Shown here: positions 1-9,793 of the stretch, piece after piece
How positions within the stretch are numbered: the stretch's first letter is position 1
Layout of the letters: the number at the start of each line of letters is the position of its first letter
Source of the DNA: Candidatus Brocadiia bacterium
GTDB lineage: Bacteria > Planctomycetota > Brocadiia > SM23-32
DNA: 64,000 nucleotides
Direction of reading: 5' to 3'
Assembly (NCBI GenBank): GCA_046538485.1
Contig: JBKHIT010000021.1
Span: 1-64,000, forward strand
Notes under the pieces: generated by a model
Seen by the model: the letters and a program-made list of their open reading frames with translations, nothing else
Database searches by the model: none
Told to the model about the DNA's origin: nothing
Program-made: the position numbers and the translations under genes

Positions 1-360
1 ACGACCTTTAAGCCTTGACAAAAGGCCTCATAGGAGCCCCGGGCGATCCCGGGCTCTTCGGGGGAGCCCGGGGTTAGCGGTTCGGGTAACGTGCCGGCTG
101 CTTCCCAATGCTAACCCGGGGCTCGTTCGGCCAAAAACAGCGGCCTCATTTCGCCCCGGGCTACGTCTGCCACGCCCGCTCCGCGGGCTTACCGACAGCA
201 CCAACGCTAAGCGCATACCCGCGCCATTGGGTTTCACATAATCGCTGATTGTTGTTGCCTCCCGCAGCAACGGACATTTTCCGTTTTCCAAAAACAGCAA
301 ATTGAGGCGGGCCTTCAGCCTGCAACAGCTTAGTTTTCTCCGCACATCAGGCCTACGTAG

Positions 361-417
361 TCCTTTAGACCACTTCAGCCCGGGCTACGATGAATCGGTC
401 TTTCAGGCCGCAAGAAA
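361..417 (+). repeat. Dispersed repeat family B, copy 1 (agaccacttcag...tacgatgaatcgg.ctttcaggccg.aagaaa)
   Basis: Near-identical to the reverse complement of 36923-36980. Confidence 0.8.
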
Positions 418-480
418 CAAAGCAACAGTTCACCGGCTCCGGGTCACCGGAGGCTCTCGCAGTTCCACCGTTGACAGGCA

Positions 481-522
481 AGCGGACTGGACTTCAGCCA
501 GCGGCTGGAGTTCAAAACGCGA
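481..522 (+). repeat. Dispersed hairpin repeat family A (gagcggaCTGGACTTCAG-loop-CTGGAGTTCAGaacgcggt), copy
   Basis: agcggactggacttcag ccagcgg ctggagttcaaaacgcg. Confidence 0.85.
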
Positions 523-802
523 TCGATTTCCCTGAAGATTCCAGGCGCCCCGCGCTCAACCGCCCCGTCGGGGCGGGGATTTACTGGCGTCCTGCCAACC
601 CCCGACTCCCCCGCTACGCGGAGTCGCCGGGGGCTACGCTCTCAATCGCCCCTTTCAGGGGCTCGGTCGTTTGTCCGCCGTATGGCGGGGCCAGCAAGCT
701 GGCGCGCTACCCTCCGACCTCTGACCTTCGACCTCTGTCCTCTGCCGTTCGCTTGTGCGCCGTCGCTGACATCTGTGCTCTGTTGCCCGTCTCATGGGTC
801 TT

Positions 803-830
803 ATGAGCGGACTGGAGTTCAGAACGCGGT
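803..830 (+). repeat. Family A repeat, collapsed copy (internal segment between the two CTGGA units deleted)
   Basis: atgagcggactggagttcagaacgcggt. Confidence 0.75.
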
Positions 831-962
831 TCGCAGGCGGTACAAGCCTAATAGCAAAACAACCAGGTCCGCCTCAGCGATGCGGACCTACACGTCTCTG
901 ACAGTCTTCCCCGTTGCGAGCCCTATCCGTCGCCGCCTGGGCGGCGCTCGCCTCCGCAGAGG

Positions 963-2159
963 TTATGCCGGAGAGTTACCGGCCAATCGTTTCCGAACCA
1001 TTTTCGCCAGCACAAACACAATTACCCCGGCAAAAAGAGCCAGGACGGGAGCCAGCACCACCGAACCGATGAGCCATTCAAACAGACGTTCATGCGCTTC
1101 GTAGCCCAGCGTGCGGAGGCTGAATTTGGTCAGGAAATGGCCATGGCGAATGTAGTATCCGAGCTCGATGCAAAGTGCGGGGACAAACGGGGGCATACAA
1201 AACTGGCTTGAGGCCACGGAGAGGGGCTTGTTCAATCGCAAATAACTCGCGGCCGCAATAATAGTGACAGTGTGGAAACCGATCAGTGGCAAAGTCCCCA
1301 AAAACACGCCCAGTCCGCCCGCAAATGCCAGCTGCCCCGGGGTCGCGTTCTCGGTGAGCAGCGTTTTCAGGGATCGTAGCGGATGAAAAAGCGTTATCTT
1401 CTCGCGTCCCAGGGTCTCCATACACAGTTTCTGATGCGGCCACGGGAGGATTGAGCGCATGGTCAGGTGGGTGTTGAGCAGTGACAGAACCATGTTGTCG
1501 CGAACCCCGCGAAAATGAGAGTTCGCCTTGATTTCATCATCGTAACGCACGGAAATATCCACATTCTCAATCTGCACGCCGGCCCAGGCTGCGCGGGTGA
1601 TAATTTCCACTTCGAAGGCGAAACCGCGGCACCAGGTGGTCAGTTCCTGCAGGACAAAAACCGGATAGGCGCGGTATCCGCTCTGCACATCGCCGACATC
1701 CTGTCCGGTCTGGAGTCGCGCCCAAAAATTGCCAAATGCGCGACCGAACCGGGAACCGAACGGTACGTTTTGTCCCGACATATCCCGTCTCCCGACAATA
1801 AGTGACAACGGATTGGCCCGGATCGCGTTCTGAAATTTCGGGAATTCTTCCGGTAGATGCTGGCCATCCGCATCCAGTGTTACGATATGGCTCGCCCCCC
1901 TTTTTTCGGCCTCCTCAGCCCCCGTGAGCAATGCCGCCCCTTTTCCCCGATTTTCCTCGTGGCGCACGCAAATCACGTCGAGTCCTTCCAGTTCTTTTTC
2001 TGCCGGTTCATCGCTCCCGTCATCAACCACCATCACCCGTGAATGGACCGAAAGCGCGCTGCCGACGACGGCACGCAGGCTTCCCGCCTGGTTGTAAACG
2101 GGTATGACAATCCAGATCTCTATCTCTTCATATTGCATATCAGAATTGTTCTTCGGCAT
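963..2159 (-). CDS. Glycosyltransferase family 2 fused to a C-terminal DUF2062-like membrane domain
   Basis: VIPVYN, VVDDGS, NRGKG, LDADGQH and DVQSGYRAY motifs; hydrophobic C-terminal domain (ATPGQLAFAGGLGVFLG). Confidence 0.85.
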   Translation of the reverse strand: MPKNNSDMQYEEIEIWIVIPVYNQAGSLRAVVGSALSVHSRVMVVDDGSDEPAEKELEGLDVICVRHEENRGKGAALLTGAEEAEKRGASHIVTLDADGQHLPEEFPKFQNAIRANPLSLIVGRRDMSGQNVPFGSRFGRAFGNFWARLQTGQDVGDVQSGYRAYPVFVLQELTTWCRGFAFEVEIITRAAWAGVQIENVDISVRYDDEIKANSHFRGVRDNMVLSLLNTHLTMRSILPWPHQKLCMETLGREKITLFHPLRSLKTLLTENATPGQLAFAGGLGVFLGTLPLIGFHTVTIIAAASYLRLNKPLSVASSQFCMPPFVPALCIELGYYIRHGHFLTKFSLRTLGYEAHERLFEWLIGSVVLAPVLALFAGVIVFVLAKMVRKRLAGNSPA

Positions 2160-2176
2160 TGGACGACCTCACAGCT

Positions 2177-3619
2177 TTACCTTGCGCGAATGCGTTCGTC
2201 TGAAAACGCAAAACTGAGGAAATCTTTCAGATGCAGTCCGAATCTGCGCCAGCTATCGGGAGATTCCCACAGCATGGTAAAATATCCCCACAGAACTTTC
2301 GGACGCATAAAATGGGATCGATAAAACAGCTGGAAAAGCGATTCCAGCTGATCTTCGGTCATTCCATCGGGGACAAATTGAAAATGCATGCAGTCCATCT
2401 TCTCATAATCTTCATCGAAAGTGCCATATTCTTCGATATTCTCGTAGACGGGTGATCCCGGGAACGGAGTGAACTTCGACAGATTGAAATCGTCAATCGG
2501 CAGGGAAAAAACATACTCCATGCTGCGGCGGACGGTTTCTTCGGTTTCGCCGGGCAGGCCGATCATAAGCAGCGCTTTAACGCGGATCCCCGCACGTTTG
2601 ATCTGACGGATGCGCCTGGCCAGCCGATCCACATCTGCGTTCTGACGGTGCCGAGAAAGAAGTTCTTGAGCGCCCGTCTCCACACCAAGACTGATCATCC
2701 AGCAGCCTGAAGCTTTCATCAATTTCAGAAGATCCGGATCAACGTGCTCGGCTCGCACAGCGCAGTTGTAAGTCATGCCGAGAGGTTTGTCTATCATCTT
2801 ACGGCAAAATTCCTCCACGCGTCTACGCACGAGAGTAAATTGATCGTCGTAGAAATTGATATGCCGAATTCCCCAGCGCGATTTCATATATTTCAAGTGT
2901 TCGTACAGATAGTCCGCGGAATTGTAACGAAAACTCCTTCGAAAAACCGACCGGTCACAATATGAACATTGGTACGGACACCCCCGGCTGGAGACGCAGC
3001 TGCTGTTCGGAGTGGTTGGATAATTGAATATCGGCAGCTGGTAAAGCTCTGGAAAGCCGTCCAGCTTTTCATAGGCCGGGAAAGGCAGTGAGTCCAGCTC
3101 CAGCAATTCCGACCTGTATCCGTTGAAAACAACCTCCCCGTCCTGTCGATGGGCCAGACCTTCGATCCCCGTGGGATCGCCACGGTTCTCCGTGAGTTCG
3201 CGCAGCGTTTCTTCCCCTTCCCCCACGACGGCGTAATCCACGGGAGGATTCTCTTCGAGGATTTTCGTCTTCAGCGCCGATACGTGCGGACCGCCCACGA
3301 CCGTCTGCGTCTGCGGCCGTTCAGATTTAATCATTTCCAGCAGACGAACGGTATCGGGGAAACTGGAGGTCGTGCAGGAAACGCCGGCATAATCCGGTTT
3401 TTCGCGGCGGACATATTCCCTGATTTTTCGGTCGCAATTCTCGGGATGGGCAAAACAGTCGATCAATTCGGTTTCGACGCCGTGTTCCTCAAGATAGGCC
3501 GCGATACCTGCCAATCCAAGCGGCGGCATCAGGTTCGCCACGCGGGCGATATCTCCCCTGGCATTGGACGGATCGTAACCAAGAGGATGGATCAGGAGGA
3601 CTTTTCGGGAACTTTGCAC
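2177..3619 (-). CDS. Cobalamin-binding (class B) radical SAM enzyme
   Basis: N-terminal PPLGLAGIAAYL and GGPH B12-binding motifs; SRGCPYQCSYC CxxxCxxC motif; GVET, GLPGET. Confidence 0.92.
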   Translation of the reverse strand: MQSSRKVLLIHPLGYDPSNARGDIARVANLMPPLGLAGIAAYLEEHGVETELIDCFAHPENCDRKIREYVRREKPDYAGVSCTTSSFPDTVRLLEMIKSERPQTQTVVGGPHVSALKTKILEENPPVDYAVVGEGEETLRELTENRGDPTGIEGLAHRQDGEVVFNGYRSELLELDSLPFPAYEKLDGFPELYQLPIFNYPTTPNSSCVSSRGCPYQCSYCDRSVFRRSFRYNSADYLYEHLKYMKSRWGIRHINFYDDQFTLVRRRVEEFCRKMIDKPLGMTYNCAVRAEHVDPDLLKLMKASGCWMISLGVETGAQELLSRHRQNADVDRLARRIRQIKRAGIRVKALLMIGLPGETEETVRRSMEYVFSLPIDDFNLSKFTPFPGSPVYENIEEYGTFDEDYEKMDCMHFQFVPDGMTEDQLESLFQLFYRSHFMRPKVLWGYFTMLWESPDSWRRFGLHLKDFLSFAFSDERIRAR

Positions 3620-3748
3620 GATTCTCTCACGTCGTTATCGGGAACACAACATTTACTGACATTTCTTCCGGCATCGAATTCAGCCGGCGAATATCGTCCG
3701 GTTTTTGCCGACGCTTCGCCGGCGATGCAGGGAGCCGGTGTCCGATTG

Positions 3749-4972
3749 TCACATCATTTCACAGACCAGTGCCGCGTTTATCCCGCCGAAAGCAAAACTA
3801 TTCTTAATAACCCGTCTGATCTCGTTTTCACGCAATCCCATAACGTGATCAATTCCCTCGCAATCGGGATCCACATTATCCAGGTTTCGGGTGGGAAGAA
3901 TCTTCCCTTCTTTTGCCATTTCCAGCGCAGCGATAAGTTCGACAGGTCCTGAAGCCCCCAGGGAGTGTCCCTGGTAGCCTTTCAGACTGCTCACGGGCGC
4001 GGTCGTTCCGAAGATCTCGCGGATTGCCCCTGCTTCTGCGGTATCGCCCTGCCGGGTCCCCGTGGCATGGGCATTGACGTAATCAATGGCATCCGGCTTG
4101 ATATCGGCCTGCTCAAGCGCTTCGCCCATGCAAAGTACCATAGATTCGCGATCAGATTGGCTCACGTGGACGCCGCTCCCGCACGTGTGATATCCGAGGA
4201 GCTCGGCTATAATTTTCGCTCCCCGTTCCACAGCATGGTCGTAATCTTCCAGCAGAACCACACCTGCCCCTTCTCCGCAGACAAGCCCGTCGCGGTCGCG
4301 GTCGAAAGGCCGGGGGCTCATTGTCGGATGGTCGTTGTATTCGGTGGATGTGGCATACAGCACGTCGAAAGAACCCGTTACCGTCTCGTGCAATTCTTCC
4401 GCCCCCCCGCAAAGCATGATGTCCTGTCGTCCCTGCCGGATCAAATCCATTCCGGTTCCAATCGCCTGGAGTCCGGAAGCGCACGCGGCAGAGGTAGCCA
4501 TCACGACCCCGCGGATACCGAAGTATTCGGCCACGTTCATTGTAACGGTATGAGAAAGGGTGCGAAAAAATTCCGAAGCGCCCAGCAGGGCAAAGTTTTC
4601 CTCGGCGGCCAGTAATCTGTAGGTCTCCATTATCGTGATGGGGCTGCCTGTAGTGTGGCCCATTATACAACCGAGTTGAGGATTGCCGCTCACATCTTCC
4701 CGGTCGAGTCCGGCGCTTTCGACGGCCTGTTCAGCGGCCTGGGCACCATAGATACTCATAGGACTCATAGTCCGACGCGAACGCCGGGGAATATCGCGTT
4801 CATTCTGCATTTCCAGCGGAGCACCCAACATGCTTCTGAGACCGTCGTAGTGTTCCCACTCGTCAATACGCTGAATCGCGCTACGGTTCGCGTACAATCC
4901 CTCCATCATTTCTTTCACCCCGTATCCGAGGGGCGTTACAACTCCGCAACCTGTGATAACGACACGCTTCAT
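3749..4972 (-). CDS. Beta-ketoacyl-ACP synthase (FabB/FabF family)
   Basis: Cys-His-His triad contexts SAACASG, YVNAHATGT and KGYQGHSLGASG; C-terminal NSFAFGG. Confidence 0.92.
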   Translation of the reverse strand: MKRVVITGCGVVTPLGYGVKEMMEGLYANRSAIQRIDEWEHYDGLRSMLGAPLEMQNERDIPRRSRRTMSPMSIYGAQAAEQAVESAGLDREDVSGNPQLGCIMGHTTGSPITIMETYRLLAAEENFALLGASEFFRTLSHTVTMNVAEYFGIRGVVMATSAACASGLQAIGTGMDLIRQGRQDIMLCGGAEELHETVTGSFDVLYATSTEYNDHPTMSPRPFDRDRDGLVCGEGAGVVLLEDYDHAVERGAKIIAELLGYHTCGSGVHVSQSDRESMVLCMGEALEQADIKPDAIDYVNAHATGTRQGDTAEAGAIREIFGTTAPVSSLKGYQGHSLGASGPVELIAALEMAKEGKILPTRNLDNVDPDCEGIDHVMGLRENEIRRVIKNSFAFGGINAALVCEMM

Positions 4973-6498
4973 CGGGGTAATCGACCTTCAATAAACTTCT
5001 GGAAACGGGGTTTGCCAATCACCGAGCGACAGACAAAAAATGCCGAAGCCATTGCCCCCACAACGCCCGGAAGCAATGAACTCTGGCCGGCAGCATATAG
5101 ATTGAGCAGAGGCAATTTACCCAACAGGTTGAACTGACCTACTTTTTGCTTGATACCGTAGGCGGCCCCGAATGGGCTGTTGAGATAATCGCGGTAAGTG
5201 AGCATGGATGCTGTCGCCATGAGTTCCAATTCATTGCGAAACTCGGGGAAATAGGGTTCCAAACGCCGGCATATTGCTTCAGCTCGACTGCGTTTATAGG
5301 CCGCGTATTTTTCTCCCCTTTGCCCGGTCCGTGTTTCCTTCCAGGGCTCCACATCCTCAAAAAAACTCACCTCCAAAGCCATCATCGTCTTGACCATCTG
5401 ACCGTCAACCTTTTCGCGACCGAACATCATAACCATAGGCCTCGCGCCCTCGCATTCGGGACTCAACATACGATTAAAATCGGTATCCGGATAAATCGAA
5501 AAGATAGGGGTATCGTTGGGCTCGTCAGGCGGCTCTTCGGCCAGTTTTCCAAAGACCGAAAAAAAACCGACGGACGGTTCAAAATCACGCACCCGGTGAC
5601 GGAAGGCGGGGGTCGTATGATGGTCGGGAAGCATCTTCAAAATCTTAAGAGGATGGATTGTGAAAACGCAGGCATCTGCTGATAATTCGGACCCGTCCGA
5701 AAGTATAAAATGCTCCACTTTTCGGTCTTTGATACCATCGACTGATTCCAGGGCACAATCGCACCGCACTTCCACATTCACCCCATCCAGCGCCTTCAGA
5801 AACGCTTCCACGATAGCATCACCTCCGCCCTCAATACGGGCGGAGGACTCCAGCAATCCAGCGGTAACACGGCAATGATCCGAAAAGGCCATTTCGGCCG
5901 GAGGAGTCCCGTGGCACGTGCAAAAAGCGGCAAGAATTGCCTGGAGAACCGGATTTTCAATATGCTCATCAAGCACATCCTGTAATGTAATATAATCTTC
6001 GTCCAGTGTCGGTGGGCGCTGACTGAGTCCCCTGACATTCATGGACGTTGTTCGCTCGCAGACTTTTATGAAGAGCTCGAAATAGTCGTCCAACCCGGCT
6101 TTTTCATCGGGAAAAAATCGCTTCAGGTTCTCACGGCTTCTTTCAATACCGCTGGGGAGTGTGTATGTTTCGTCGGTCGAGGGAAAAACCATCCGATGGC
6201 AATTCTGCTCAGGCAAAAAAACCGGATTAATCGACTCCTGCAACCCGAGCACGGCGAGCATATCGGCGAGCATTCCGTAATCGTTCTGGCTTAACCCCCC
6301 GGTAAAATGGAGTCCGACGTCAAAAGGTATATTTTCGCGGCGGAACCGGGCCAGAGAACCACCAGGATTGGGAGCCTTCTCCAGCACAAGCACACGATTT
6401 CCCTTCAGACCCAGCAATAGGGCTGTGGTCAAGCCGCTCGCTCCGCTCCCGACGACAATTTGATCGTAATGTTCCATACCGGGTGCCAAATGCCTCAC
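4969..6498 (-). CDS. Phytoene desaturase-like FAD-dependent oxidoreductase
   Basis: VVGSGASG Rossmann motif, LEK..PGG, FDVGLH, GAAYG, NLYAAGQ; overlaps both neighbours by 4 nt. Confidence 0.85.
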   Translation of the reverse strand: MRHLAPGMEHYDQIVVGSGASGLTTALLLGLKGNRVLVLEKAPNPGGSLARFRRENIPFDVGLHFTGGLSQNDYGMLADMLAVLGLQESINPVFLPEQNCHRMVFPSTDETYTLPSGIERSRENLKRFFPDEKAGLDDYFELFIKVCERTTSMNVRGLSQRPPTLDEDYITLQDVLDEHIENPVLQAILAAFCTCHGTPPAEMAFSDHCRVTAGLLESSARIEGGGDAIVEAFLKALDGVNVEVRCDCALESVDGIKDRKVEHFILSDGSELSADACVFTIHPLKILKMLPDHHTTPAFRHRVRDFEPSVGFFSVFGKLAEEPPDEPNDTPIFSIYPDTDFNRMLSPECEGARPMVMMFGREKVDGQMVKTMMALEVSFFEDVEPWKETRTGQRGEKYAAYKRSRAEAICRRLEPYFPEFRNELELMATASMLTYRDYLNSPFGAAYGIKQKVGQFNLLGKLPLLNLYAAGQSSLLPGVVGAMASAFFVCRSVIGKPRFQKFIEGRLPR

Positions 6499-7229
6499 AT
6501 TGCAAGTCCGCCGTTGACGCCAATGACCTGTCCGTGGACATACATATTCTTTTCCACACAGAGGAAACGTATCACAGATGCCACATCGGCCACCTCCCCA
6601 AAATGGCCGAGCGGAATCAATTTTTTGATTTCCTCCTCCTGAAGATCCTCCGTCATTTCCGTGTTAATTACGCCGGGCGAGACGACATTGACATAGATAT
6701 TACGTTCGCCGACCTCTCGAGCAAGTGCTTTGGCTGCACCGATAACTCCCGCTTTGGCAGCCGAATAATTTCCCTGTCCCGCTTGACCGATTTGCCCGGA
6801 CACCGAAGCCACCGCCACAATACGTCCACGGCGCTCCCGTAACATCGGAAAAAGCACAGCACTTATCACGTTATAAAAACCGTCCAGATCGGTCCGAACA
6901 ACCGTATTCCATTCCTCCTCCGTCATCCACACCATCAGATTATCCCTGGTAACACCTGCACTTACAACAACGGCATAAGGCGGCGTTTCTTCGGCACGGT
7001 CCTGCAGAGCCTTTTTGACCGCATCCGAATCGGCCACATCAAAAGCAAACAACTCACAGCTCTGACCATTCTTTTCAATCTCAGCCCGGGCCGACTCAGC
7101 AGCCTCATTGTTACTCCGATACGTCAACCAGATATCGAACCCGGCTTCGGCGAGCTCAACCGCGGCCTGCCGACCGATCCCCCGGCTTCCGCCAACGATG
7201 AGAGCAATTCGGGATTCTGTCTCGTTCAT
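6495..7229 (-). CDS. fabG: 3-oxoacyl-ACP reductase (SDR, FabG-like)
   Basis: GGSRGIG, AGVTRD, YSAAKAG, VNGG motifs. Confidence 0.88.
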   Translation of the reverse strand: MNETESRIALIVGGSRGIGRQAAVELAEAGFDIWLTYRSNNEAAESARAEIEKNGQSCELFAFDVADSDAVKKALQDRAEETPPYAVVVSAGVTRDNLMVWMTEEEWNTVVRTDLDGFYNVISAVLFPMLRERRGRIVAVASVSGQIGQAGQGNYSAAKAGVIGAAKALAREVGERNIYVNVVSPGVINTEMTEDLQEEEIKKLIPLGHFGEVADVASVIRFLCVEKNMYVHGQVIGVNGGLAM

Positions 7230-7401
7230 TTAAACACCTTCCCGGCTGAAACGACAAAAAATTGATCGTCTGCTTTGGAATTCCCCCGCGACGAAGATAT
7301 CTGCTCGCCGCGGCATCAAATAATGAGGATACGCTCTGAGGCGACGATTCGCAACCATGACACACATATTGGCGCCCCCACATTCCCCTGGTGTAGACAT
7401 T

Positions 7402-8370
7402 TTACCGGCTTGTTGCGGCATTCTCCGCGTGTTCGAAAGGATTGTTCCACAGGTCAAAAAAATTGAAATATTGCCAGGGATGTTTTTCCACATATTTTTC
7501 CAGCGCGTCGGCCAATTTCTGCGCATGCGGCTCGGCATCTTCCGGTTCTCGTACGCCCGGCGGAACATCGATAACTTCAGCAAGGTCCACTACATACAGG
7601 TTAACACGAGGCTTATGGGAGAATAGAACCACGATCGGGCGACCGGTCGCTGAAGCGAGTCGATAAGGAGAAAAAGGAAAGATCACCTCGTCCCCAAGAA
7701 ACCTCGCCTTAACTGTCTCCTCCTTTCGGCCAAAGACGCGGTCCGCCATAACCCCGAGAATGCAACCTTCTTGAAGCACTTGTACCATCTTCAGAACACT
7801 CTGCGGGCCTTCCCTCGGGTCAATAACTTTTACGGGCATATTTTCCCGACGGAGATGAGCCTCGGCACTGTTGCCTTCCGGAGGAATGATCACCGCATAA
7901 ACGGGACGATCTATCAGAGAAAGGGAGCTCATTGCCAATTCCCAGCATCCCACGTGGGCATTGGCCATAACCACACCATCGCCCCCTTCCAGCGCCGCCC
8001 GCATGGCCTTTTCATCCTCACAGGTCGCCTTGATAACATCTTCACCGAGCAATGCATACGCAGCTCGGTCAATCATAGTGCGGCTGAAGGTAAACACGAG
8101 CCGATAGCTGTCCCAAAACCGCCGCAACGGATTCCTGTGATCCGGGAAACGGCGTCGAAGATAATATTGGGTCCGGCGGCGAATCTCGGGGACAAAAAGT
8201 ACGTACCATAGAACAACGAAATACATAATGTGGTAAGCAGGACGCAATCCACCAATGCGGATAACAAAATAGAAAAAGCGGAACTGCCAGCTTTTCCCCA
8301 CGTCTTTTACAGACCAATCAGCAGTGGTCTTTGCTGAATCATCTTCGTCCTGGTAACCAGGAGTTCCCAT
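7402..8370 (-). CDS. Lysophospholipid/lipid A-type acyltransferase family protein (first gene of the lipid cluster)
   Basis: AHVGCWE, MADR and HPWQYFNFFDLW motifs, typical of acyltransferases in FAS-II/aryl-polyene-type clusters. Confidence 0.85.
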   Translation of the reverse strand: MGTPGYQDEDDSAKTTADWSVKDVGKSWQFRFFYFVIRIGGLRPAYHIMYFVVLWYVLFVPEIRRRTQYYLRRRFPDHRNPLRRFWDSYRLVFTFSRTMIDRAAYALLGEDVIKATCEDEKAMRAALEGGDGVVMANAHVGCWELAMSSLSLIDRPVYAVIIPPEGNSAEAHLRRENMPVKVIDPREGPQSVLKMVQVLQEGCILGVMADRVFGRKEETVKARFLGDEVIFPFSPYRLASATGRPIVVLFSHKPRVNLYVVDLAEVIDVPPGVREPEDAEPHAQKLADALEKYVEKHPWQYFNFFDLWNNPFEHAENAATSR

Positions 8371-8494
8371 GAGATATATACGAAGTTCCAGAAATTAGAA
8401 AGTACTGAACACGATTGGAGAGTAGCCGGTCAAGCCCGGGATTTCAAGGTCGCGCCCGGCCGCCAACCTCAGCGGATTCAACCCCTCATTTCAA

Positions 8495-8523
8495 TTGACA
8501 ACAACCGACGTCTCGGCTAAGCT
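8495..8523 (+). promoter_or_regulatory. Sigma70-like promoter for the pheA-tpiA operon
   Basis: TTGACA-17 nt-TAAGCT, about 130 nt upstream of pheA. Confidence 0.55.
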
Positions 8524-8653
8524 AAGCTTGGATTGTATCGTATGTAGTGATCTTATCGGGGTCCTTTCTTGCCATTTCCTGCACCGGGCTGAATAAGTTT
8601 CCCAACGCACCGGTGGAAAAGTTCTCTGATCGCACGGGAAGGTTGTCGCTTTC

Positions 8654-9730
8654 ATGAGTTTGGATGAGTTACGTAAACGCATCGATGGAATCGATGTGCA
8701 GATCGTCCGACTGATCAACGAGCGTGCGGAAATTGCTCACAAGATCGGAGAAGTCAAAGCCGAATTTAACGACTCCGTCTATAAACCTCACAGGGAAGAA
8801 GCGGTCTACGAACACGCGATAAAGGCCAATGATGGACCGATACGAGACGAATCAGTGAGAGCCGTTTTCCGGGAAATTATGTCCGGTTGCATCGCTCTTG
8901 AAAAAGCGCTGAAAGTTGCTTATCTCGGCCCGCCAGGAACGTTTACCCACTGGGCCGCGCGAAGCAAATTTGGAGATTCGGTCAACTACGAACCAAGCAA
9001 ATCCCTGGAAGAAGTTTTTGCCGAAGTGGAAAGAGGAAGAGCGGATTACGGTGTGGTCCCGGTGGAAAATTCCACAGAAGGCGGGATTCGTGATACCCTG
9101 GCGCGGTTTTTGGAAAGCCCGCTTAAAGTCTGCGCCGAAATCGTAATTGAAATTCACCATTCACTGATGGCAAACTGCAATCTCCAGGAAATCAAAACGG
9201 TCTATTCAAAAGGCACTGTTTTTGGGCAGACCCGCGGATGGCTCAGAGAACATTTACCGGATGCCGACCTCGTTGATGTGCCGAGCACAAGTAAAGCTGC
9301 CGCGCTGGCCTCTCAGCAAGACCATGCCGCCGCGATCGGACATAAACAGCTCACGGCCGCTTATGGATTGCAACTGCTTTTCGAAAATATCGAAGACACC
9401 CCTGACAATGTCACACGGTTCTTCGTAGTTGGAAACCACATGAGCGGCCCGACAGGAGACGATAAAACGGCTGTCCTCTGCAGCGTCCGAGATAAAGTCG
9501 GCGCACTTCATAGCCTGCTCACACCGTTCAAAGAGTTCGGCATCAATATGACAAAAATAGAATCTTTCCCGGCACGAGGATTGAAATGGCAATACTACTT
9601 CTTCATCGATTTCATCGGCCATCCCGAAAACGAAGACGTGCAACAAGCCATGGAGGCCATGAAACAAGAATGCACCGAATTCATTGTGCTGGGGGCTTTT
9701 CCGCAACAGGCTGATGGCGAAACAGATTGA
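8654..9730 (+). CDS. pheA: Chorismate mutase/prephenate dehydratase (P-protein)
   Basis: LDELRKRIDGID chorismate mutase domain; AYLGPPGTF, PVENSTEG, NVTRF; ACT domain NMTKIES. Confidence 0.95.
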   Translation: MSLDELRKRIDGIDVQIVRLINERAEIAHKIGEVKAEFNDSVYKPHREEAVYEHAIKANDGPIRDESVRAVFREIMSGCIALEKALKVAYLGPPGTFTHWAARSKFGDSVNYEPSKSLEEVFAEVERGRADYGVVPVENSTEGGIRDTLARFLESPLKVCAEIVIEIHHSLMANCNLQEIKTVYSKGTVFGQTRGWLREHLPDADLVDVPSTSKAAALASQQDHAAAIGHKQLTAAYGLQLLFENIEDTPDNVTRFFVVGNHMSGPTGDDKTAVLCSVRDKVGALHSLLTPFKEFGINMTKIESFPARGLKWQYYFFIDFIGHPENEDVQQAMEAMKQECTEFIVLGAFPQQADGETD

Positions 9731-9793
9731 TATTCGTTTTTCCCAAGCATACCAAAACAAACTAAGCACGAGAGCAACTGAGGAGAAACTCGA

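Larger units (their letters stand above)
33..890. repeat. Intergenic cluster of REP-like imperfect palindromes (BIME-like mosaic)
   Basis: Multiple hairpins: gagccccggg..cccgggctc, gagcccggggttagc..gctaacccggggctc, gcccctttcaggggc, aggtccgc..gcggacct. Several units recur elsewhere in the window. No convincing ORF. Confidence 0.7.

Noticed and set aside
8524..8653. Phe leader peptide upstream of pheA
   Set aside because: Only an ATG-TAG minimal frame; no Phe-rich ORF or terminator found.
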